64,000 bases of DNA from Takakia lepidozioides. Its lineage: Eukaryota; Plantae; Bryophyta. The DNA lies in contig CM060734.1 in assembly GCA_030704615.1 (NCBI GenBank), forward strand, positions 58,962,001-59,026,000, given 5' to 3'. Below, piece after piece: positions 1 through 11,510 of this stretch (position 1 is the stretch's first letter; each line of letters starts with the position of its first letter). The position numbers were made by a program, and so were the translations under genes. The notes beneath the pieces were generated by a model. That model saw only the letters and a list, made by a program, of their open reading frames with translations. It was not told where the DNA came from and ran no database searches.

Positions 1-210
1 GGCAGCGGACTGGCCAACACCGGACTGGCGGACTGGCACACTGCTGGGCAGCAGACTGGCCAACAGCGAACTGGCAGACTGGAGGGCAGCGGACTCATGG
101 GCGGGGGACTGGCCGCGCGGCAGACGGGGGCGCGGGCGGGGCGGGGCGGGCGGGGTGCTGGGGAGCCGGGCGTCCGTGTGCGGGGCCCACCGGCCACATC
201 GCACGTGCCC
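1..210. repeat. GC-rich tandem GGACTGGC-type repeats, probably a TE subterminal region truncated by the window edge
   Basis: Repeated (g)gactggc units followed by GGGGC runs, then an abrupt switch to AT-richer sequence at ~210. Confidence 0.4.
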
Positions 211-1938
211 ATTGAAGACCCTATTATCTTAAAATGAGAGGCCTCTTCCATTGACTCTTATTGGCTGTTGGGTCCAACTGATAGGCCCAGTGTAGATTAG
301 GACTGGCCAAGGTAGGTTATAGGATGGGTATTGGTATTTCCAATGTTGAGATACCTGGTCCTAGGCATGGGTATGGCAAAAACTCAAATGATATACTAGG
401 GCAGCATGTACAATGGTATGGTATACCCCAACATTCATCATACTCCATTCAAAGTTGAAAACAAAAGCCAGTTGAGGGCAACATACAAAAGGTAAAAAAA
501 GAAAAATTGCAATCACAAAGCCGATATGCTCAATCTTTTGCGGCTCCCCACATCAAAGATCCAGCCGAAAAAATGAAACCCCTCCCATAGCAAACACAAC
601 ATGGCGCACCCTAACGCCATAACTGCTACCCCTCCCATCTCGAAACACTCCCCCCCAAGTACTGTTCGCAATCGCAGTATTGCTCTGCAAGCTACTATGA
701 CTGGTATGGTATCAGTTTGGGTATACATGCCCGACTGGCACATACATGTACAACACTGGTTAGAACCTATTTTAGTGGGCTCTGCATTCGCAAGGCCCCA
801 AAAAACCATACATGTATTAATCAATAGAACAGCTCGCAGAGATGAAACAATCAAGCCCCCCAGGGATAAAACTGCAAGTTCGTGTTCAGAATAGTTGATG
901 GTTCTTATGCGCTAAAGGAGTGAGCGGTGACTGAAGCATTGTAGATGATGAGAAAGAAGGGTAGTTAGAGACCAACCGAGGTGTAGACCAAGAGAACACA
1001 ACGTGGAGATGTAGAGCAGTAAGTATCGTGGATTGTGTGAGAGAATTAGCAGCGGAATTGGTCACTTAGCCACTGAGTGAATCTGATCATAGGTTGCGTC
1101 ATGTATTATAAAGCAATGAGAGAAGTGGAAACAGTAGATTTGTACAGGATGTGTCACCTGTCTTTGCATAGTCATTGCATAGCGTGAACGCTGTAAGTTG
1201 TGAGCAAGGTTCAGACAGATCTCAGAGTACTGACTATGTAGAAATAGCTCAGAAATGACGGCCTTGAGAGTGCATGACAGATTAGTTTCGAACATGATTG
1301 AAATCAACCACTAAGGTATAATGAGCTCGAGCATCTAGACAGCATTGGCGAACTATGAATCATCACTGTGGGCAGAGATTGGTAGCATATAGAGTCGGGA
1401 GGACTGCCTGCAGTGAAATCTAGGGAAGCGTTGATCAGATTAACACCGTTGAACATGGTGTAGCGATGGCAGAGTGCAGGTGCTTCGACGCATGGCCTAC
1501 ACGGGATGGTATCTCGCGCAATCATGCACAAATGAACAGGGAGTCACTTAGGGGATGAAGCATGTGTTAACTGAGAGTCGGGTGTGGTCGCCCATGTCGT
1601 TTTCTCTTTCGCTGCAGCGGCATGATGCGGTCGCACTGGACTGACAGGGTGAGTGGCCCTGTTTAGTTCTCGTGGTGGGAAGAGTAGAGCCCCCCAATTT
1701 TACCTTATAAGATCAACGTCGAGAACTCTGGGGATTTTCACTAGCCTTCCATCCAAAACACTATAGGGTGAGTTGGCCTATAACCGAACAGGCGTCTATG
1801 ACCAATCCTCTATGACTCAACAGTACAGAAATGCACTCAACAGTGCATCATGGTCAATACTCTCAGGAAATGGTCTGAATAGCTACACAGATCAATGAAT
1901 GAAGCAAGACACTCGCATCTTTTCAAGAAAACATCCTT

Positions 1939-4863
1939 TCACCAGTAATCCCCACAAGAACAAATCCCATCTTCAAAGTGGTGAAAGCGGTTAGCGTCCC
2001 GTACAACAATTGCTCGGCCAACAATCTTTGAGATGAATTTGGTGGAGGTGTGGCAGTCACCACACACTCTAAGATTCTTGATGAGACGGAGAGGCGTCCT
2101 AGGGGTCGTGCTGATCAACCCAAAACCAATGGCCAGCTTCTCACTGTGGTGGCAAAGAGAAAATTCCTTTTCCGCCTCCCCCACATCATGCAATACAAAG
2201 CGCGTATCAGGCACATACCCCGCCTCCTTCATCTGCCCAGACAATCTTCTCAGCTCGGCATGGATTTCCTTAATTCGGGGATGCAACTTGTCATCTACAA
2301 CGAAGGTGTGCACCCTGTTGCCAACCTCAATGCAGCAGCGACCTGGCTCCTTTCTAACCCCTCTGACCTTCATCATTCTTCTCACCTTTGCAGTATCATC
2401 CCACCTGCCAGCTGCAGCATAGATGTTTGAGAGCAACACATAAGTCGCGGCATCCTGTTCATCCCACGTGAGGATAGATGTTGCCGCACGTTCAGCCATC
2501 TCCACATTGCCATGGATTCTGCAGGCACCAAGGAAGGCCTTCCACACCACAGCATCTGGATTGATTGGCATTTTATTAATCAGGTCCACTGCCTCATCCA
2601 GTTGTCCCGCACGCCCAAGAAGGTCCACCATGCAGCCAAAGTGCTTTACTGTTAGAGTGACACCATGATCTTGACTCAGGGAATCAAAGTAGCGTCTTCC
2701 TTCATTCAGTAGACCAGCGTGGCTGCATGCAGAGAGAACAGATATAAAGGTGATACTGTCCGGCTTCAAGCCGTTCTTTTGCATTCCTTCAAATAGTTGC
2801 ACGACCTCCCTATGACAACCATGCTGTGCATATCCTGAGATCATCGCGTTCCATGACACCACATTTCGTTCAGCCATTTTGTCGAACACTGCCTTTGCAT
2901 CCTCGATGCACCCACATTTCGCATACATGTCAACGAGGGTATTGTTCAGAATCACATCTGGTACAATTCCAGCTTTGGCGATGCAACCATGCACCTCTTT
3001 GCCCTTTTCCAGGGCTGTCAGGCTTGCACACGCACTGCAAACGGACACAAACGTGATGTGGTCGGGTTTCATCCCTTCCCCCATCATTTCCTCATAGGTC
3101 TCCAAAGCCTCCATCCCGCGCCCCTGCTGTGCATATCCTGTGATCATCACGTTCCACGACACCACAGTTCGTTCAGCCATATTGTCGAACACTGCCTTTG
3201 CATCCTCGATGCACCCACATTTCGCATACATGTCCACGAGGGTATTGTTCAGAATCACATCTGGTACAATTCCAGCTTTGGCGATGCAACCATGCACCTC
3301 TATGCCCTTCTCCAGGGCTGCCAGGCTTGCACACGCACTGCAAACGCACACAAACGTGATGTGGTCCGGCTTCACCCCTTCCCCCATCATTTGCTCGTAG
3401 GTCTCCAAAGCCTCCATCCCGCGCCCCTGCTGTGCATACCCTGCGATCATCGCGTTCCACGACACCACATTTCGTTCAGCCATATTGTCGAACACTCCTT
3501 TTGCATCCTCGATGCACCCACATTTCGCATACATGTCCACCAGGGTGTTGTTCAGAATCACATCTGGTACAATTCCAGCTCTGGCGATGCAACCATGTAC
3601 CTCTATGCCCTTTTCCAGGGCTGTCAGGCTTGCACACGCACTGCAGACGGACACAAATGTGATGTGGTCGGGTTTCACCCCTTCCCCCCTCATTTTCTCA
3701 TAGGTCTCCAAAGCCTCCATCCCGCGCCCCTGCTGTGCATACCCTGCAATCATCGCGTTCCACGACACCACATTTCGTTCAGCCATATTGTCGAACACTC
3801 CCTGTGCATCCTTGATGCACCCACATTTCGCATACATGTCCACCAGGGCTGTGTTCAGGATGACATCTGGTACAATTCCAGCTTTGGCAATGCAACTATG
3901 CACCTCTTTGCCCTTTTCCAGGGCTGCCAGGCTTGCACAAGCATTGCAAACGCACACAAACGTGATGTGGTCGGGCTTCACCCCTTCCCCCATCATTTGC
4001 TCATAGGTCTCCAAAGCCTCCATCCCGTGCCCCTTCTGTGCATACCCTGCGATCATCGCGTTCCATGACACCACATTTCGTTCAGCCATATTGTCGAACA
4101 CTCCCTTTGCATCCTCGATGCACCCACATTTCGCATACATGTCCACCAGGGCCGTGTTCAGGATGACATTTGGTACAATTGCAGCTTTGGCGATGTCGCC
4201 ATGGACCTCTTTGCCCTTTTCCAGGGCTCCCAGGCTTGCACACGCATTGCAAACACAAACAAACGTGATCTGGTCGGGCTTCACCCATTCACGCATCATT
4301 TGCTCATAGGTCTCCAAAGCCTTCCTACCACACCCATGCTTGATAAATCCTGCCAACATTATATTCCACGTGATCAAAGATCGTTGAGGCATTCTGTTGA
4401 ACACTTGGTGAGCATCCATGATGCTCCCACACTTAACATACATATTGACAAGGGTGTTGAGTAGGAAAACATTTGGCGTGAATCCACTTTGGATAATGTG
4501 AGTGTGCACCTGCTTTCCAGCTTTCAGGCCTTTCATCTTGATGCACTTATGCAAGAGACAAACATATGTATCTGAATCTGCTGAAATGCCTCCTTGGTTT
4601 AACGTCTGTAGAGCCTCTTTCAGTCTGCCTGCCTCACAAAGCATCTTCACATGCCCAGGAGTGCCAGAAGAGGCATTGTGGACTCCCTCTCTTGATCCTC
4701 TTCCAGAAGCCGTGGTCATGGTTGAGGTGCCTGATTTTATCAACTGTGTCGCTGCAGCTGCTGCCTTTAGTTGACCAACTACCCATGCAGGTTCCTTGTA
4801 GCTATTAATGCACAGGGAATCATGGGTAATCTTATGCTTGAAATCTGGCCCTCTTGGATGAAT
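1939..4863 (-). CDS. PLS-class PPR protein with E1/E2/DYW cytidine deaminase domain (organellar C-to-U RNA editing factor); terminal exon of a multi-exon gene
   Basis: ORF 1939..4875. 20 PPR motifs (six L-S-P triplets, the last ending in P2, plus L2-S2) encoded by ~303-bp near-identical repeats. PG box (KEPG), HSEKLA, CGDC and C-terminal CSCGDYW are intact. The ORF start is not ATG; an AG acceptor precedes IHPRGPDFKHK at 4863. Confidence 0.95.
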   Translation of the reverse strand: MHPRGPDFKHKITHDSLCINSYKEPAWVVGQLKAAAAATQLIKSGTSTMTTASGRGSREGVHNASSGTPGHVKMLCEAGRLKEALQTLNQGGISADSDTYVCLLHKCIKMKGLKAGKQVHTHIIQSGFTPNVFLLNTLVNMYVKCGSIMDAHQVFNRMPQRSLITWNIMLAGFIKHGCGRKALETYEQMMREWVKPDQITFVCVCNACASLGALEKGKEVHGDIAKAAIVPNVILNTALVDMYAKCGCIEDAKGVFDNMAERNVVSWNAMIAGYAQKGHGMEALETYEQMMGEGVKPDHITFVCVCNACASLAALEKGKEVHSCIAKAGIVPDVILNTALVDMYAKCGCIKDAQGVFDNMAERNVVSWNAMIAGYAQQGRGMEALETYEKMRGEGVKPDHITFVSVCSACASLTALEKGIEVHGCIARAGIVPDVILNNTLVDMYAKCGCIEDAKGVFDNMAERNVVSWNAMIAGYAQQGRGMEALETYEQMMGEGVKPDHITFVCVCSACASLAALEKGIEVHGCIAKAGIVPDVILNNTLVDMYAKCGCIEDAKAVFDNMAERTVVSWNVMITGYAQQGRGMEALETYEEMMGEGMKPDHITFVSVCSACASLTALEKGKEVHGCIAKAGIVPDVILNNTLVDMYAKCGCIEDAKAVFDKMAERNVVSWNAMISGYAQHGCHREVVQLFEGMQKNGLKPDSITFISVLSACSHAGLLNEGRRYFDSLSQDHGVTLTVKHFGCMVDLLGRAGQLDEAVDLINKMPINPDAVVWKAFLGACRIHGNVEMAERAATSILTWDEQDAATYVLLSNIYAAAGRWDDTAKVRRMMKVRGVRKEPGRCCIEVGNRVHTFVVDDKLHPRIKEIHAELRRLSGQMKEAGYVPDTRFVLHDVGEAEKEFSLCHHSEKLAIGFGLISTTPRTPLRLIKNLRVCGDCHTSTKFISKIVGRAIVVRDANRFHHFEDGICSCGDYW

Positions 4864-5043
4864 CTGGACCCACACTCTATCCCTGCTCCTTCAGCTATCC
4901 ATGCCTCTGCACAAATCATGCAGACATCCTTGCCTTGCTGCTAGCAGCTGACAATGTTCTAGGAATCACCCAACTCAACTTATCACACTAGTTCCTATGC
5001 CCAATTGCATCTGCTACTCTCTGTAATCCAACAGGCATTCACC

Positions 5044-6510
5044 TTTTTGCCTTGATTGTCCCACCATTGACTGGGGTCAGAAAAGTATTCATTCCACAGC
5101 TTCTCCTCGTCTCTGTTACCTGCTTCTGGATACTTTCCTGTTGTCACATTGGCAGTATAATGTCAAAGTCACTCCAAACTATCAAAGGTTCACTCAACCA
5201 GCTAACTTGCAGAATTCACCATGAAAATTTAGGGTCGATTCTGATAGAGGGAAAAACAGGGTGACATGTGTTGAAGAAGGTGCCTTCATTAGCAGTGCCT
5301 GATTTTATCAATTGTGCCGCTGCTGCTGCGGCTTCCAGTTGACCATCTACCCATGCAGGTTTCTTGTAGCTATCCTTCCACAGGGAATCATAGGTATCCT
5401 GGAGCTTGAAATCCGGCCCTCTTGGATGAATCTGGACCCACACTCTATCCCTGCTCCTTCAGCTATCCATGCCTCTGCACAAATCATGTACACATCCTTG
5501 CCTTGCTGCTGGTAACTGATAATGACAGCCTAGAATTCTTCCAGCAAACACCCCAACCATACTTATCACACTAGTTCCTATCTTGACTTGCATCTGCTTC
5601 CAACAGGCATTCACCTTTTTGCCTCCATTGTCCCACCATTGACTGGGGTCGGAAAAGTGTTCATTCCAAAGCTTCTCCTCATCTCTGTTATCTGTTTTTG
5701 GATACTTTCCTGCTGCCACATCGGCAGTAACTTGTCAAAGTCACTCCAAACCACCACAGATCCACCAAACGAGCTAACTTACAGAATTCAATATCCAAAT
5801 TAAGGGCAAAAACAGGCTGAAATAGGTCGAAGTAGAAGATGCCCTCACCACATTGTCCTTGACCCTGTGTCATGACCCATGGAGGATTTGACCAACCATC
5901 AACCCAAAAGGACCTCTTTTGTGTGCTGCTTGTGTCTGTAGGCAGGTAATTTCGGATTGGTCTGTGAGAACCACCACGGTGCAGCTGAGCAGGCAGAGAT
6001 TGAAACACAGCCTGCTAAGACCCAGCTGACTCTCCCAAGAACATTGTAATCATCAGGAAGAATACCAAATCATGGTACTAACAGGAGCCAAGAGCCCACA
6101 TTTGCAGGATGGACAAACTTCTTCACATCGTACATTAAGAAAAAGCCACACCTTGCGATTGCGGTTGTCCCACCATCGTGAAGGATCTTAAAAAAATACT
6201 CGTGCCAGCTCTGCTCCGTGATCCAAGGTAGAGGTTTGTGCTCGAATTTCCGACAGCATCAACATTTGACAAGGGTCCTTTACTGAGGGGTGCTAGTGAG
6301 CTTTCAACCACATTCATGCAAGTTGTTTTGGGCTCCATTGGGCTCTGCACGATGAGGAACAACGAACTCCAGACTCTGAGCTTTTTACCGAACTTACATC
6401 AAAAGATATTACTGTGCTCTTCCAAAGTGGCAGTGGTCAGGGGCCTACATCGACCACCGGTTTTCGTTCGTGCCCTTCTGATGGCTCCTACTAGTGGTTA
6501 GCGCTTCCAT
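5044..6510 (-). CDS. Upstream exons of the PPR-DYW gene encoding tandem OSB-like PDF motifs; the most 5' exons contain frameshifts
   Basis: Repeated units LWNE(Y/H)FSDPSQWWDNxGKK|gt..ag|IHPRGPDFK(H/L)..DSLW..KPAWV. Approximate exons: 5044-5137, 5280-5431, 5614-5710, ~5845-5985, ~6152-6345. A possible Arg-rich transit-peptide-like segment lies near 6400-6500. Confidence 0.7.
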
Positions 6511-6789
6511 GTAGCCGCCAGATGGGTCTCACATGCAATTGCCACTTTCACATGCAATAGCCATGGGGCCCGCATGCAATATGTACCCACCCCTTTCGGA
6601 CAGCCCCACCGGCTATGGCTGATTTTATTTTTTGAACGACTTGGGGTACATAAATTGGAACGTTAGAAAAACTTAAGTGCCAAGACCTTCCCTCCCTGGG
6701 CGTTTTCAGAGACCACTCTACAACAATCTCCAGACTGCAAACATAAGCTGTGTTAGCATCTGTATAAGTCTGGATATGTTCGTTGTTCT

Positions 6790-9700
6790 CATCGTGCAGA
6801 GCCCAATGGAGCCCAAAACAACTTGCATGAATGTGTTGAAAAGCTCACTAGCACCCCTCAGTAAAGGACCTTGTCAAAATGTTGATGCTGTCGGAAATTC
6901 GAGCACAAACCTCTACCTTGGAGCACGGAGCAGAGCTGGCACGAGTTTTTAAAGATCCTTCACGATGGTGGGACAACCGCAATCGCAAGGTGTGGCTTTT
7001 TCTTAATGTACGATGTGAAGAAGTTTGTCCATCCTGCAAATGTGGGCTCTTGGCTCCTGTTAGTACCATGATTTGGTATTCTTCCTGATGATTACAAGGT
7101 CTGGGAGAGTCAGCTTGGTCTTAGCAGGCCGTGTTTCAATCTCCGCCTTGCTCAGCTGCACCGTGGTGGTTCTCACAGACCAATCGGACATTACCTGACT
7201 ACAGACACAAGCAGCACACACAAGAGGTCCTTTTGGGTTGATGGTTCATCAAATCCTCCATGGGTCATGACACAAGGTCAAGTACAATGTGGTGAGGGCA
7301 CCTTCTTCTTCGACCTATTTGAGCCTGTTTTTCCCTCTCATCAGACTCGGCCCTGAATTTGCATATTGATTCTGTAAGTTAGCCCGCTGGGTAGATCTGT
7401 GGTGGTTTGGAGTGACTTTGACAAGTTACTGCCGATGTGGCAGCAGGAGAGTATCAGGAGTTACACACTCAGCTTCAGGCTGTTAGGACAGAAGGCTCCT
7501 GGCGGACAACACCTGCCAAGCGCAAAAAGGTGAATGCCTGTTGGAAGCAGACGCAAGTCAGCATAGGAACTAGTGTGATAAGTATGGTTGGGGTGTTTGC
7601 TGGAAGAATTCTAAGCTTTCATTGTCAGTTGCTAGCAGCAAGGCAAGGATGTATGCATGATTTGTGCAGAGGCATGGATAGCTGAAGGAGCAGGGATAGA
7701 GTCTGTGTCGAGATTCATCCAAGAGGGCCGGATTTCAATCTCCAGATTACCTATGCTTCCCTGTGGAAGGGTAGCTACAAGAAACCTGCATGGGTAGATG
7801 GTCAACTGGAAGCCGCAGCAGCAGCGGCACAATTGATAAAATCAGGCACTGCTAATGAAGGCACCTTCTTCAACACATTTCCCCCTGTTTTTCCCTCTTA
7901 TCAGAATCGGCCCTAAATTTCATGTTGAATTCTGCAAGTTAGCTGGTTTGTGACTGAACCTTGATAGTTTGGAGTGACTTTGACATTATACTGCCAATTG
8001 ACAACAGGAAAGTATCCAGAAACAGGTAACAGCGAGGAGAAGAGGAGCGAAGTTGTGGAATGAATACTTTCTGACCCCAGTCAATGGTGGGACAATCGAG
8101 GCAAAAAGGAGAATGCCTGTTGGATTAAAGAGAGTAGCAGATGCAATTGAGCATAGGAACTAGTGTGATAAGTTGAGTTGGGGTTCCTAGAACAAATCTA
8201 GGCTGTCATTGTCAGCTGCTAGCAGCAAGGCTAGGATGTCTGCATGATTTGTGCAGAGGCATGGATAGCTGAAGGAGCAGGGGTAGATTGTGGGTCAAGA
8301 TTCATCCAAGAGGGCCAGATTTCAAGCACAAGATTACATATGATTCCCTGTGGAAGGATAGCTACAAGAAACCTGCATGGGTAGTAGATGGTCAACTGGA
8401 AGCCGCAGCAGCAGCGGTACAATTGATAAAATCAGGCACTGATAATGAAGTCACCTTTCAACACATTTCACCCTGTTTTTCCCTCTTATGAGAACCGGCC
8501 CCTAAATTTTCATGTTGAATTCTGCAAGTTAGCTGGTTGAGTGAATCTAGTTTGGAGTGACTTTGACATAATACTGCCAATGTGACAACAGGAAAGTATC
8601 CCGAAACAGGTAACAGAGAAGAGGAGAAGCTGGTGGAATGAATACTTTTTCTGACCCCAGTCAATGGTTGGACAACCGAGGCCCAAAGGTGAATGCCTGT
8701 TAGATTACAGAGAGTAGCAGACGCAATTCAGCATAGGAACTAGTGTGATAAGCTGAGTTGGGTGTTTCCTAGAACAAATCTAGGCTATCATTGTCAGCTG
8801 CTAGCAGCAAGGCAGGGAATGAATGCATGATTTGTGCAGAGGCATGGGACTGAAGGAGAAGGGGCAGGTAGAGTGTGGGTCCAGATTCGTCCAAGAGGGC
8901 CAGATTTCAAGCACAAGATTACCTGTGATTCCCTGTGGATCAATAGCTACAAGAAACCTGCATGGGTAGATGGTCAACTAAAGGCAGCAGCTGCAGCGGC
9001 ACAGTTGATAAAATCAGGCACCTCAACCATGACCATGGCTTCTGCAAGAGGATCAAGAGAGGGAGTCCACAATGCCTCTTCTGGCACTTCTGGGCATGTG
9101 CAGATGCTTTGTGAGGCAGGGAGACTGAAAGAGGCTCTACAGACTTTAAACCAAGGAGGCATTTCAGCAGATTCAGATAAGTATGTCTGTCTCTTGCATA
9201 AGTGCATCAAGATGAAAAGCCTGGAAGCTGGAAAGCAGGTGCACACTCACATTATCCAAAGTGGATTCACGCCAGATGTTTTCCTACTCAACACCCTTGT
9301 CAATATGTATGTTAAGTGCGGGGCATCATGGATGCTCACCAAGTGGTCAACAGAATGCCTCAAACGATCTTTGATCACGTGGAATATAATGTTGGCAGGA
9401 TTTACCAAGCATGGGTGTGGTAGGAATGCTTTGGAGACCTATGAGCAAATGATGCGCGAATGGGTGAAGCCCAACCAGATCACGTTTGTTTGTATTTGCA
9501 CTGCGTGTGCAAGCCTGGGAGCCCTGGAAAAGGGCAAAGAGGTCCATGGCGACATTGCCAAAGCTGGAATTGTACCAAATGTCATCCTGAACACTGCTCT
9601 GGTGGACATGTATGCGAAATGTGGGTGCATCGAGGATGCAAAGGGAGTGTTTGACAATATGGCTGAACGAAATGTGGTGTCGTGAACACGATGATGCCAG

Positions 9701-11510
9701 GGTATGCAACAGCAGGGGCGCGGATGGAGGCTTTGGAGACCTATGAGCAAATGATGGGGGAAGGGGTGAAGCCCGACCACATCACGTTTGTGTGCGTTTG
9801 CAGTGCATGTGCAAGCCTGGCAGCCCTGGAAAAGGGCAAGAGAGCAGCAGAGAGGTGCATGGTTGCATCGCCAAAGCTGGAATTGTACCAGATGTCATCC
9901 TGAACACAGCCCTGGTGGACATGTATGCGAAATGTGGGTGCATCGAGGATGCAAAGGGAGTGTTCGACAATATGGCTGAACGAAATGTGGTGTCGTGGAA
10001 CACGATGATCGCAGGGTATGCACAGCAGGGGCGCGGGATGGAGGCTTTGGAGACCTATGAGGAAATGATGGGGGAAGGGGTGAAGCCCGACAACATCACG
10101 TTTGTGTGCGTTTGCAGTGCGTGTGCAAGCCTGGCAGCCCTGGAAAAGGGCAAAGAGGTGCATGGTTGCATCGCCAAAGCTGGAATTTGTACCAAGATGT
10201 GATTCTGAACAATACCCTCGTGGACATGTATGCGAAATGTGGGTGCATCGAGGATGCAAAGGGAGTGTTTGACGATATGGCTGAACGAAATGTGGTGTCG
10301 TGGAACGCAATGATTGCAGGATATGCACAGCAGGGGCGCGGTATGGAGGCTTTGGAGACCTATGAGCAAATGATGGGGGAATGGTGAAGCCGGACCACAT
10401 CACGTTGTGTGCGTTTGCAGTGCATGTGCAAGCCTGGCAGCCCTGAAAAGGGGCAAAGAGGTGCATGGTTGCATTGCCAAGCTGTGAATTGTACCAATGT
10501 GATCTGAACAATACCCTGGTGGACATGTATGCCAAATGTGGGGTGCATCAAGGATGCAAAGGGAGTTTCGACAATATGGCTGAACGAAATGTGGTGTCGT
10601 GGAATGCGATGATCGCAGGATATGCACAGCATGGGTGTCATAGGGAGGTCGTGCAACTATTTGAAGGAATGCAAAAGAACGGCTTGAAGCCGAACAGTAT
10701 CACCTTTATATATGTTCTGTCTGCATGCAGCCACACTGGCCTACTGAATGAAGGAAGACGCTACTTTGATTCCCTGAGTCAAGATCATGGTGTCACTCCG
10801 ACAGTAAAGCACTTTGGATGCATGGTGGACCTTCTTGGACGTGCGGGACAACTGGATGAGGCGTGTGGACCTGATTAATAAAATGCCAATCAATCCAGAT
10901 GCTGTGGTGTGGAAGGCCTTGCTTGTGCCTGCAGAATCCATGGCAATGTGGAGATGGCTGAACGTGCGGCAACATCTATCCTCACGTGGGATGAACAGGA
11001 TGCCGCGACTTATGTGTTGCTCTCAAACATCTATGCTGCAGCTGGCAGGTGGGATGATACTGCAAAGGTGAGAAGAATGATGAAGGTCAGAGGGGTTAGA
11101 AAGGAGCCAGTCGCTGCTGCATTGAGGTTGGCAACAGGGTGCACACCTTTGTTGTAGATGACAAGTTGCATCCCAGAATTAAGGAAATCCACGCTGAGCT
11201 TACAAGATTGTCTGGGCAGATGAAGGAGGCAGGGTATGTGCCTGACACGCGCTTTGTATTGCATGATGTGGGGGAGGAGGAAAAGGAATTTTCTCTTTGC
11301 CACCACAGTGAGAAGCTGGCCTGGTTGTGGGCTGATCAGCAAGACCCCTAGGACGCCTCTCCGTCTCATCAAGAATCTTAGAGTGTGTGGTGACTGCCAC
11401 ACATCCACCAAATCATTTCAAAGATTGTTGGCCGAGCAATTGTTGTACGGGACGCTCACCGCTTTCATCACTTTGAAGATGGGATTTGTTCTTGTGGGGA
11501 TTACTGGTGA
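6790..11510 (+). pseudogene. Inverted paralog of the PDF-PPR-DYW gene with multiple frameshifts
   Basis: Near-identical to the reverse complement of 1939-6350. Has four PDF units and five LSP triplets, many 1-bp indels, and ends in CSCGDYW* at 11510. Lacks the most 5' exon. Confidence 0.88.

Noticed and set aside
2000-2320. U-to-C (KP-type) DYW variant
   Set aside because: PG box, HSEKLA and DYW terminus are canonical C-to-U type.
2033-4808. Plus-strand ORFs up to 359 aa over the PPR gene
   Set aside because: Antisense shadows of the repetitive PPR frame.
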